From NCBI RefSeq assembly GCF_018350175.1, contig NC_058368.1, positions 27,220,001-27,284,000 of the forward strand: a stretch of DNA of 64,000 nucleotides, written 5' to 3'. Positions 39,401-50,065 of this stretch are shown in pieces. Both the position numbers and the translations under genes were made by a program. Within the stretch, counting starts at the first letter, position 1, and each line of letters begins with the position of its first letter. The notes beneath the pieces were generated by a model. The model saw nothing but the letters and a program-made list of their open reading frames with translations. It was not told the DNA's origin and did no database searches. This DNA comes from Felis catus (taxonomy: Eukaryota).

Positions 39401-41157
39401 CGCTGAAAGATATGATCACAGCTGCATTAGAAGCATCGTTGTTGACAACATAGTTATTTTTTTTTAAAGTTATTGGTCCATAACTGAGTATGGCATCATA
39501 TACGGAGAATTACATCACTTTGGGTAGACAAATTTGTAAGAAATGTACTCAAGAAAAATAATATATTAAAAGGATAACCAGCAAACTGCCTTACATTTAT
39601 TTGGGGAATGAGGTAAGGAATATGTACAATATACATCAGTACATACATATATGCATGCATTCTTAAACCAAAACCAGATACTTTTCAGGGCAATAAAAGG
39701 ACAAGAACATAATTAGAAGATAGTGGGCATATAATTGTGAGAATTTCTTATGTTGACTGTTTTTGCTGGATAATGATGTTTTTTAATGTGGATTTTGAGT
39801 ACATGCTGTTGAATGAACGAATGAATGAATGAGTAGATGGAGTTTCACGGTAAACATTTAGTGACTTCATCAGTTGACTGCCTTCCTAGTGAGTGATCAT
39901 TGTTGAGAGTTATCTTAAAGTCAGATGACTTTTCTGCCGTCTCTTTTCTTACTTAATAAACTTAGATTTTCTTAAAGTAGTTATTTGGGCCAGTCATCTT
40001 GCTATTTTTTTAAACCCTTTTCTTGATGTCTCTTTCTTTTATTTCCTTCCCCACTCTATCCACCCCTCCCTTCCTCCCCCCTTCCTTTCATCCCTTCCTG
40101 CTTACCTTTCTTCCTACGTACTAAGAAATTGATGTAGTGTCTGCCTCAAATTGGTCCAAACTTCTGGAACCATAAAGATAAATTTGTAGAGGAGTTCAAC
40201 CCACTTTGCATGACACTCCCTTGAAAATAATAGAGAATTAAAATTATTTTGGCAACATCCTCCCTAAAAATAGTTGGCTGGTAGTCAGTAGTTGATTCTG
40301 GGTAACCTAAAATTCTCTGGATAAACAAATTAGATTAGAGTACATAGTAAGTATGTAAAACCCAAGGAAGATTTCTAAGACCGGAAACTTGTATTCTATC
40401 AGATTGAACACGTGCATTCATACTTTTTTATTCCATACATCTCCCTGAAATCAAAAAAACTACAGAAAGAAAAACAGAGAACGAGAGCAAGAGAGACCAA
40501 ACCAAGGAGGAGATGCTGTTAAATGAGAGATATCAGCAGATTTGGGGAAGATGGCACAGTGATGGAGGAGCGGGAACTGAGGCACACTGAGAGAAGCCTG
40601 CAAATTCATTCTGCAGGGCCCTGGGGAGGCATGGAAGGGTGTGAAGATGAGACAAAAGGGGATTGGTCACAGGAGTTACAGAATAGGTAGCAGTCATTGG
40701 TGGAAGGTAGTATATAGGGAGTTGTGAGACTGTGTTCCTCTGCCTGCATCACATTGTCACTATAGTTCTCCATTTGTGCCGGAAGATTGAGGCATAGTCT
40801 TGGGCTAAAGTGAATCAGAGATGTGCTGGACTCAGGGAAGCAAGACCCAGGATGGAGAGGTGAAGCCAGGGGAATTAAATGAAACTCCATAGATGGCAGG
40901 TTAGACCCTCCTGGACTATTCCAGAGCATAGCTCCAGAGCACCCAGAGCCAGGGACAGGCTCTTTAGGCAAGAGTTTGAAGGATTCTGATCTAGAGAAAC
41001 TGAACAACCTGAGAAATGATCTGAGTGACGTCTGGAGTCCTCATCAAAATAGCTGGATCCCTCACCCGGCTACCTCACAAGGATGCCTTCCAGATAATAA
41101 AAATGCCCTGCCCCCACTTGAGGCTTCTAGTCAGTCTTTTAGGGACTCAATGTTCCC

Positions 41158-41159
<2 letters not shown>

Positions 41160-41201
<42 letters not shown>

Positions 41202-41222
41202 ATGTATGTACGTGTGTGTGTG
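41160..41222 (+). repeat. (TG)n microsatellite
   Basis: Read directly. Confidence 0.95.
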
Positions 41223-42430
41223 AGCCTTAAATATAAATAGAGTCACCAGATATTTGAGTATAGCTCCCAACATAAAATATAGAATAAAATATAGAGATCA
41301 AAACAGAGAAAGAAGTTGGGAGCCACTCAATGAAAATATAGATAACTCAGAAGTAGAAGAAAAACTTTTAAAAACCTAAGTATCTTTAGAAAGACGAGAG
41401 CACACGAAATAAAAAGTGTATCCTATAAAAAAGGAACAGTCCAAAAATAAGAGCTCCTAGAAATTAAACTTAGTAAAAAAATAAAATAAAAAATAAAGGA
41501 GTGAAAAAAAAAAACAGAACAAAAAAAAACTTATTCAGAGATGCAGAAGATAAAGTCAAGTAAACTTTCTCGGAAGTAGCTTAGCAGACAAAAACGGTCA
41601 GTAGGGGAAGAGGGAAAAGAAGGTAGGAAATATAGTGGATCCATCCATGTGGTTCAGCATTTTATCATAGGAGTTCCAGAAAGAGAAAACAGAAGAAAAT
41701 GGTGAGGAGAAAAGTCTTAAAAAATAATGCAAGAAAAATTTCAAGTGGAACAATAAGGAATTTCCATATTTTAAGGGTCCAGAACAATGGCTAAGAATGG
41801 ATAGAGAATCATTGAAATTCTTTAGTCTGAGATTTTAGAACATCAGGGATCACAAAGAAGATTCCAAAACCTTCCAGAGAAATAAGACAGGTCATATATA
41901 ACAGATCAGGAATACCAATGTCACCAGACTCCTCAGGCACAATAGTTGAAGCTAGAAGACAATTCTGCCTTCAGAATTCTGAGGGAAATGACTTTTTACT
42001 TAGAATTCAATTACAAGCTAAACTAGCAAGCACCAGAGTAGAATTAAGACATTTTCAGACACTCAAGGAAGGTCTCAACGAATTTACCTCCCATGTACTT
42101 TTCTCAGGAAGCTACTAGAGAATGTGCTCTACAAAAATGAGGATGTAAACCAAGAAAGAGGAAACCATGGGATCCAGGAAACGGGGGACCCAACACAGGC
42201 GAGAGGCGCAGGGATTTCGCAAGATGGTGTTAAAAAGAAGCCCCAGGACAACAGGTGGGCAGCTGGCCTGGGAAAGCGCTAGACCAGATGGTCTAGATGG
42301 GCGGCCCCTTGAGGGAAGAATAGATGTGACAGATAAACTAATGGCTTTGATCATGAAAACAAAAACAAAAACAAAACGGTTTAATAGGGCTTTTAAAGTT
42401 CCTTTGAAAAGTTCAGGAGCAGTAATAGGT

Positions 42431-42431
<1 letters not shown>

Positions 42432-42473
<42 letters not shown>
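42432..42473 (+). repeat. (CA)21 microsatellite
   Basis: Read directly. Confidence 0.95.
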
Positions 42474-42475
<2 letters not shown>

Positions 42476-42784
42476 GAAAGAAAAAAAGGCCACCAAGAAA
42501 AACGAAATATTGAACAAAATAGGAAGTGTATTCTTACACTACATGTGTAGTAAACAATTATTATATAGTCCTAACAATGTAAACCTTATAAACACATTTT
42601 GTAATTCTGTAAACAGAATTTTGATTTAGCCCCAAATTAATACTTTAACACACTGGAGGGTTGGGGGAAGAAGCATGTCAAGAGGTAGTGATGGGATAAG
42701 GAGGATGATAATTTTTTTTTCATTTCTTAAATGACAATTTAAGAGATACCAGTATATGCATGTTATTTAAATATATGGAATTAA

Positions 42785-43005
42785 GGGGCGCCTGGGTGGC
42801 GCAGTCGGTTAAGCATCCGACTTCAGCCAGGTCACGATCTCGCGGTCCGGGAGTTCGAGCCCCGCGTCAGGCTCTGGGCTGATGGCTCAGAGCCTGGAGC
42901 CTGTTTCCGATTCTGTGTCTCCCTCTCTCTCTGCCCCTCCCCCGTTCATGCTCTGTCTCTCTCTGTCCCAAAAATAAATAAAAACGTTGAAAAAAAATTA
43001 AAAAA
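42785..43005 (+). mobile_element. Young felid CanSINE inserted in HAL1
   Basis: 17-bp TSD taaatatatggaattaa at 42768-42784 and 43006-43022. Confidence 0.98.
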
Positions 43006-43599
43006 TAAATATATGGAATTAAATATCTGAATTGGAAGTTGAAAATAGTTTTCTCTCCCATGACAGGATTTAACCTCCTTGTGGGATGTGATGGGTTAGT
43101 TACTGGTCAGCCTCTGTCCTCTGGACAAGCCCATAGATTTATCAAACTGAGAGTAACTAACGGGGTGGGGCAAAAGTCTTACCTATATAGCAAGCTCATT
43201 CTGGCAAATAACTACCTTTCATAATAAAAACAAACAAAAAGGTGGTCTCGTCTGTGGAGCAGGAAGGGGTGATGGGACAGGTGGCATAGGGGATTTCTGT
43301 TTTTAGTTATAGGCCTTTATAAGTACAACAATAGCCCTATTTGCTTTTTTAAACTGTAGGCATACATTATTTTGATAGGTATTAAGTTGGTTTTAAAAAC
43401 TACCTGAATCAGAAACAGAGGTTGTAAAACCCAAGTGTACAACCTCACCCTCCCACCTCCACCCCCCATATATCAAAAAAGCAACAACAAAAACAGAAGA
43501 AGGAGTTGATGGTGCTTTTTTTGGATATCTTTCAGAACTAGTTTACTGATCCCACATCTAATAACAAAGCGTAGGGGCTTTAGGACCCTGGACTGCTCT

Positions 43600-44070
43600 C
43601 ACTCCAACCAGCATTGCCTGTCCCCCGAGCCCCACACTCTGCTTTTAAGCTCTCCAGAGCCACTGCAAGGTACCTTTACAACACCTGTATTTCCCTTCAC
43701 TGGGCCTTTGCTCCCCTTCCACCCACACATATCCACACACACGCTCACCCATTCCCAAAGTTCCCTTGTTCTACCCTCTGCCTACCTGTTTTGGATCTTG
43801 GCTCCGATTCCTTTCTGAGGGTCTTAGAGGGGCTCTGGATCATAGCATTCTCCCCTTCGTTTTAATTCTCGTCGTATTGTCTTTGGCACCACTTACCACA
43901 ATCCTGCTTTGGTTTTGTTTTGTTTTACTTGTCCTGTCTTTGTTCAAAGGCTAGAAGGTGACAAGGGCGGGAGCCATATTGCGCTGATATTTATTCCTCC
44001 TACAGAGCTTGGCAGAGTGCTGACATAATCCAGGTACTGCCTCAGATAATAATTAAATGAATAAATTAAT
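43600..44070 (+). mobile_element. L2 3' fragment
   Basis: ggcctttgctcc...ggcaccacttaccaca...agagcttggcagagtgctgacataat...taaatgaataaat. Confidence 0.5.
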
Positions 44071-44659
44071 CTTTCATTAAATGTGAAATCTGTTCAGTCA
44101 TATGGCCCATAAACATCTGCATCTACCTAAATAAATATTACTGGAAGGTAGGGATTTTGTTGGCTTTTGTTTTAAGAAAGCTTATGAGCTTTCTCCTAAA
44201 GGGGAAGATTGTGTTCAGAGCCCAGGGGGTTAACTGCTCCCTAAAATTTTTGCTAATGCTTCCTTTGTGGGGGATGTATAAAACGTGTCACCTGGAGGGT
44301 GTTTTTCTTTGACTCTACAAGGATTACAGGTAGCCTAGCATTGAGGAAAATTGCGAGCAGTGTGTCACGTTGACCCCCAGCTAGAGAAGATTCTAGACAT
44401 CACCCTGTGCCTGATGGACACTAGCAGAGGCTAAGATGTGACAGGAAAAGGGAGACCCTCTTTTGAGGCCAGACCACTAACATAAAAAAGGCATTCTAGA
44501 AATACTCAATGATAACATGATCTCTTGGGGCCAGTGGCCCACTAGGACTTGCATCCACAGTTTTTCACACCTAACTTAAGCCCCTTTCTACTTCATCAGG
44601 CTTTATACCACATTCCCCAGATCTTTTTATAACCACTTCAAGGATCATCTTAACAAATT

Positions 44660-45240
44660 ACATAACAGGATTCATCCAAAACATTCATAGATGCAAACAG
44701 TGGAATACAATGGAGTCGTTAAGGAGAATGAGGTAGACCTGTTCAGTTCCGATGTGGTGAGGGCTTTAACATATGGTGCTGAAGGGAAAAGTCAGTGTGG
44801 AATAGGATGACCTCCTTCATGTCTTTACTGCACAGATACCATCTTTTCAGCGAGGTCTTCCTTAACCACTGCATTTATAAGTGTAAGCATCTCCCCTCCC
44901 ACTTTTTCTCCATTGGCATTTATCCCTATTTGACGTGCCATATGTTTTCCTTGTTTGTTTATGGTCTATATTCCCTCCTGGAGGGAGGGCTTTCATGTGT
45001 TTTATTTATTGCTCTTCCCCCCAGGGCCTTAAAATAACTGTCTGAATGAATTTGTATAAAAAAGTATATTATTTGTACAGAATGTTATTATTTGTACAGA
45101 ATTTCTAGAACACTACACAAACTTAACGGTAGTTATATCTGAGTCATAGAACTAAGGGCACATGGGAGGAAGACCAACTTCTGTTGCATATGTCTTACCA
45201 TGTACGTGCAACACTTCTTAAAAACCCCAGTTTAATAGAG
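44660..45240 (+). mobile_element. Mixed old L1 (L1ME-like) 3' pieces and an L2 fragment
   Basis: aatacaatggagtcgttaaggagaatgaggtagacct (L1ME-like). cttttcagcgaggtcttccttaaccac...tgtctgaatgaat (L2-like). Confidence 0.45.
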
Positions 45241-45489
45241 AATCCCGTTTGAAGTATTTCTCAAATAGCTATAATAAAATATAAGTTATTTACTTATTTA
45301 TTTCTGGTCCTGAGGTAATGAACACCGTTTGGAATTTCCCCTCTTCTCAGAAGTCAAGTTGTAAATGTCCCGTGATTCAAGTCCATGGACTTTATATTTT
45401 ATGAAGCCTTTACCAGCAGAGACTTTTTATTTTCCATCAGCGTGTACCATCTGTACTTCTCTTGTGATGGGACAAAAAAAAAAGTTTTT

Positions 45490-45700
45490 AGGTCAGATGC
45501 ATTCATATCTTCTTCCTTTTAGCAAAGTGACCCAAGGCAGGTTACTGAACCACCTGGAGCCTCAGTTCTGTTACTTAAAAAATTGGGATCATTTTTCCTG
45601 TGAGCAGAAAATGTTGTCCCAATGAATCAAGATAAAGTCTGAATATTCAGTGCCTAGAAATGTCTGGATCACAGCAGGGTTCAGTAAATGTTAAGTCCTT
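45490..45700 (+). mobile_element. MIR
   Basis: gtgacccaaggcaggttactgaaccacctggagcctcagttctgttacttaaaaaattggga...ttcagtaaatgtta. Confidence 0.7.
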
Positions 45701-45754
45701 CCCTTTTCTCCACAGAAGGTGACCTAGAGGGAGGACTTTTAGAGATATTATTAT

Positions 45755-45900
45755 CCCTAACTTCTCAAAGTGTGGTCCCAGCAGCACTTTGCATTAGGAA
45801 TGCAAAGTCTCACACCCAACCTGATCTAATGAATCAGAATGTAGCTTAACAAAATACCCTAGTGATTATTATGCACAGTAGAGTCTGCAAAGCTCTATTT
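45755..45900. mobile_element. MER5A-like hAT element
   Basis: cttctcaaagtgtggtccc...gaatcagaat...ttaacaaaataccctagtgattattatgcacagtagagt. Confidence 0.65.
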
Positions 45901-45918
45901 TTATGCTTCTTATAGCAG

Positions 45919-46507
45919 TGTTTTAGACAGAGTTGCATTAATCATGTTTCTTGTTTTCTGTATTTTATGATACTTTGACATCTTGGGGCCTTGAAGTTCT
46001 TAGGGGAGGCCCTGTCCTTGCAGGGTTAGCTAATTCCTGCAGATATCAAACAGTTGGCCTAGGAACACCCTTTTGATATGCAGATCAAGCAATCCTAAAT
46101 CCTCACCCCCCACAGGCCTCCTTTAATCAGGCTCTCAAACGCAATCCAGAACATTATCCCCTACCCCCCCACCCCCCCTCCCCGCCCTAAATCACCCCGG
46201 GGCCAGGTACTGGACAATTTAGAACCAACCCTAAACCACAGAACCCACTTTGCTTTCCTGCAGAAACCACACAAAAGAGTTTGTTGCCCTCTCTCCCCCC
46301 TTATTCCCTCTGACCAACAATTCCCTTATTCCAACTGACCCTGGTGCTTCCCGAAGTGGCCCTGCATGGTCTGCCTTGGCCCTGTGTGCCCCTCTCCTCC
46401 TGGGAAGAGTAAACAGCAGACTGTCTTTTCACCGGCAAGCATCTCCTCAAACGTTGGCCTCCCCATACCTGAATAAAACCAAAATACCTCGGGTATATTT
46501 TAAAACA
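45919..46507 (+). mobile_element. MER74-like (ERVL) solo LTR
   Basis: Termini tgttttaga...tttaaaaca (TG..CA, inverted). Internal tttgacatcttggggccttg, gggttagctaattcct, aaatcaccccggggccaggtac, and AATAAA near the 3' end. Confidence 0.75.
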
Positions 46508-46614
46508 AGGCTGCCATTTTTAATTGCGTTTTCTCGTTTTCGTTCCACTGGCCACCGTTCCCCTCTTCACCTTGCCAATGGTAGTTCCATTTGAAGAGTA
46601 TGAGGGTGGCCAGC

Positions 46615-46629
46615 AGAACAAGATGTTCT
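46615..46629. promoter_or_regulatory. Perfect palindromic GRE/ARE/PRE/MRE-type motif AGAACA-aga-TGTTCT
   Basis: Exact match to the canonical 3-ketosteroid receptor element. Function untested. Confidence 0.45.
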
Positions 46630-47371
46630 GAGGGTCCGACTAATAAGCTGAAACATCAAAGGATGCTTAAGCCATCTCATCAGCCTGAACTTACTTCTAA
46701 ATAAAGATGATCAAGGATAACCATGAACGAAGTTGTAAATCTGCTGAAGGTAGTATAACTACGTTAAATGCCGATAATGCTCCTTAAGCACAAGCTTTGA
46801 ACACTTCGGAAACTGCTGTTACAAATGATTAAGACCTCCAAGATAATGGAACCGTTTGAATTGAAACACACAAACTTATTTACAGAACGTCAGGGAAACA
46901 AATGAAAACCTGCCATCCACATCCATTCATTTTTCGTAGTGGCTTCAAACTATGGTATATGTGTTTTAGGTCGAAGGAACTGGTGCCGGGGAGCAGCTAG
47001 TATGTCCCCGAGCTGCTTTCCGTCCCACGTTTGCGTTTGCCTCTTATCGCTTCTATTTTGAAAAGAATCTTGATATATGAAAGTGAGCTATCTGAAGCTG
47101 AAGTTAATAAAAGTACATATTAAAAGAATATAAAAGGGACTTTTCTCCCTATGACTCCAAGACAAAAAATAATGAGCATTTATTTCAGAAATATCCCACA
47201 TTTGTCAGATAAGGTGATGAGAAAAGAAGACAGCAGTTTGATGGCAACTTTTTCCTTATAAAAGTTTTACTACAGTGTAATTAAGAAATTGGAATTTGAT
47301 TAGCAGCATTTAATTAGAAATATTCGACGAGGAAATTTTCCATTATCTTATGACTCTCCGTTTTATTTCCA

Positions 47372-47572
47372 TAAGATCTAAATCCTCACCACATACACAC
47401 AAAGGTAACTATGTGAGGTGATAGATGTGGTAACTAACTTTATTGTGGTAATCATTTCACTATATATAAAATATATATAATATATATATATATATATAAC
47501 ATGCATGAATATGTTAAATTTGTACAATTTTTTTCTGTCAATTCCACCTCAATAAAACTGGAAAAAAATAAA
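47372..47572 (+). mobile_element. L1MA-type extreme 3' end
   Basis: ggtaactatgtgaggtgatagatg...tgtggtaatcatttcac...tgtcaattccacctcaataaaactggaaaaaa. Confidence 0.8.
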
Positions 47573-48423
47573 CCTGTTGGTTATGACCACAAAAAGATAC
47601 TTTGGCTGCAGCTATCAGAAATTTGCTCCCCATCACTGACCCTATCAAATTCAACATTGCTGCCCAGGCAGCGCCTAAAATTTGACTCGCGGCCTGCGTG
47701 ACTGATGGCATCCCCTGAAACCACATGCTTGTTTCTCAGCAGGTATTTTGTTCGATTGCTCCTTGACCCTTTTCCAAGAAACCTAATTTGCCCAAGGGAA
47801 TCTCACACTGGAAAAGAGTGTTTGCATCTGCTTAGGGAAATGTGCCTGAAATAATGACTTATTTAGAACAGAGAACAGAATGGAATGGAATGGATTGATA
47901 AGCCAGTTTGAGCAGGCAGAGAGCAACCTGGGCCTCCTAACTCTTATAAAAGGAGCTTTGCAGCAGAGCAGTTTGCCCAGACTGGGTCTGGCAAGGCCCA
48001 TATCCATTCCACAAATGTTGTCCCTCTGAGCTCCATACAAAATTCTTAGCCTACAAACGCCTCAAGGCGCGCCATTTCCTCTTCAGCCTTACTTACACCT
48101 TTAAGATGGTGCGGATTTCTCGATTCAGCCCTGCAGACCCCAGTGTAGAAATTGCTCCCGGAGGTATGTTGCCCATTTGAAACTTCATGGAGTGCTGTGG
48201 GTGACCACAGAGTCCTTGGTGGTGGTCTGGAAACTGAAGCACTCTCTTGGTTGCTGGCAGGGAGGGTGGGAGGGTGTTGGGGAGTGTGCCCAGGCGTGGA
48301 TTTTCTGGAGAGAGCCGGACTCCAGTTCTTCCTCACTTACTGAACTTAAAATGAACCAGCAGTTAGAAGCAGGAGCTGACATCTCATCCAGCAGAATGAA
48401 GGATGAGTGGAGGCAAATAGAAT

Positions 48424-48424
48424 G

Positions 48425-48462
<38 letters not shown>

Positions 48463-48624
48463 AGAAAAGGAAGGAAGGAAGGAAGGAAGGAAGGAAGGAA
48501 GGAAGGAAGGAAGGAAGGAAGGAAGGAAGAAAGGGAAGGAAGGAAGGAAGGAAGGAAGGAAGGAAGGAAGGAAGGAAGGAAGGAAGGAAGGAAGGAAGAA
48601 GAAAGAAAGAAAGAAAGAAAGAAA
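48424..48624 (+). repeat. Compound polypurine microsatellite (GAAA/GA/GGAA/GAAA)
   Basis: 201 nt containing no pyrimidine on the + strand. Confidence 0.97.
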
Positions 48625-49959
48625 CGGAACATTGCCACTGCATCGCTCTTATTTTCTGTTTCTTTTGCTTTGCCTTTTTTTCCTTTTTTTTTTTTTTTTT
48701 TTTGCCAAGGAAATATAGTTGATTTATTTATAACCATACCCTCAAGGCTAACAACTCTTTTGAATCGGCAGAAGTGACAACAAATAGTTTCTTAAATTTA
48801 AAAACCTGAAGTTACTTTTTTTTTTCCTGTCTTAATCTTTCTCTGCTATTCAGTTAAAAACAAAAATGGACCCATTGGCCACATTTAAGTTAGCAAGGTT
48901 AAAGTCATACCGTATGCACAGTGCTAATGGGAGTTTACCTTTCTTTTTAAATTTAAATCTATCTTTGCACAATTAGCAAATTATTAAACGACCTTTCCTT
49001 CAAAGTCTGCAAGCAATTGCTTGTTTCCGCTAATAAGAGAACATGTTTTACAAGGTTCACGTTGATTAATTGACAAATGCTGATAAAATCAAAGCCGGGC
49101 TCAAATGCAGTGCACCAGCTGTAGTATAAATTACTTTGGTTCAATAGTGTTTCGAGTGGCTATGCGTTTATGGTTTACCTTTCAATAAATATTACCGTCT
49201 TAATTGAAGCATCCGTTGTGGAAATTTATCTCTGAAGATGTCTGTCAGAAGGGACAGCGAGGACTAAACGTTGCTATATCTGTGTGCGTGTTGTTCTGCT
49301 CAATTAAAAGCTTTGATTGCTCTGCGTAGTTTAAAAATGGATGCTTTATATTTTCTGTGAAGTGAGCATTAACACATTCTAATATACTTTGAAAATCTTG
49401 CACCCTTGAATGACCTAAGGATCGTGTGCCCTGCACTTCTGGAGAGCTTCAACTACAACAAAAAATTAAGTGTTCTAAACCACGAACTTTCCACCATTCA
49501 CTAAGAACATTACATTCGAGGCCCGTTGCCATCCAGCTGTTTTGGCAACTCTGTTGGGCTCCATTAGAGGGCCCGTAGCTGGCTGTTTCATGCTGATAGG
49601 TGTTTTCAGACATCAGAGGTGCATGGCCAAACCCAGCTTCCTACTTTTACTTACGAGTAAGTAGCCGTCCGGAAGGCTCTCTTGCATCTCGGGCCAAAAC
49701 TGAAGGTATAGAAGATCCTAGCAGAGAAATGTAAATTAGGTCACCGAAGAGTTCCTACTCCTCTCTTGTGGTGGTTCTTACCCCTGGTGTAGATTCACAG
49801 ACTCTAGTGCCTGAAGAATTCTGTAGCTTGTAGATCGAGGGGTCCAACCGATCTGATAGTTTTCTCTGGGCATCTTAAGAGGTCCTACTGCATCTAGATT
49901 CCTGGGAAATTTAGACATCCCCCAAAAGTGCCTTTGACATACTTTTCTCAACGAAGTGA

Positions 49960-50065
49960 TTTTAATTCAACAAATACTTATCAACTCCACTATATGCCAG
50001 GCACTGTGCTGAACCCTGGGGATATCGGTAGATTCTTTAACCTGAAGGAGCTTCCAGTATCCACT
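49960..50065 (-). mobile_element. L2 3'-end fragment
   Basis: ttcaacaaatacttatcaactccactatatgccaggcactgtgctgaaccctgggg. Confidence 0.65.

Larger units (their letters stand above)
40380..43400 (+). mobile_element. Near full-length HAL1 (ORF1-only L1 derivative), degenerate
   Basis: ORF 41918-42118 (SPDSSGTIVEARRQ...NDFLLRIQLQAKL...LRHFQ) resembles the L1 ORF1p C-terminus. It is followed by ccaagaaagaggaaaccatgggatccaggaaacgggggacccaacacagg, a HAL1 hallmark, and a 3' UTR with no ORF2. Confidence 0.8.

Noticed and set aside
48335..48385. Minus-strand exon after the long pyrimidine tract, with a GTAAGT donor at 48340
   Set aside because: Several competing weak AGs, no recognisable peptide, and the pyrimidine tract is a microsatellite.
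48185..48737. Long ORFs (103-152 aa) with PSFL or EGRK repeats
   Set aside because: They stay open only because the GGAA microsatellite has no stop codons.
49039..49058. p53 response element (GAACATGTTT half-site)
   Set aside because: The second half-site is out of register and mismatched.
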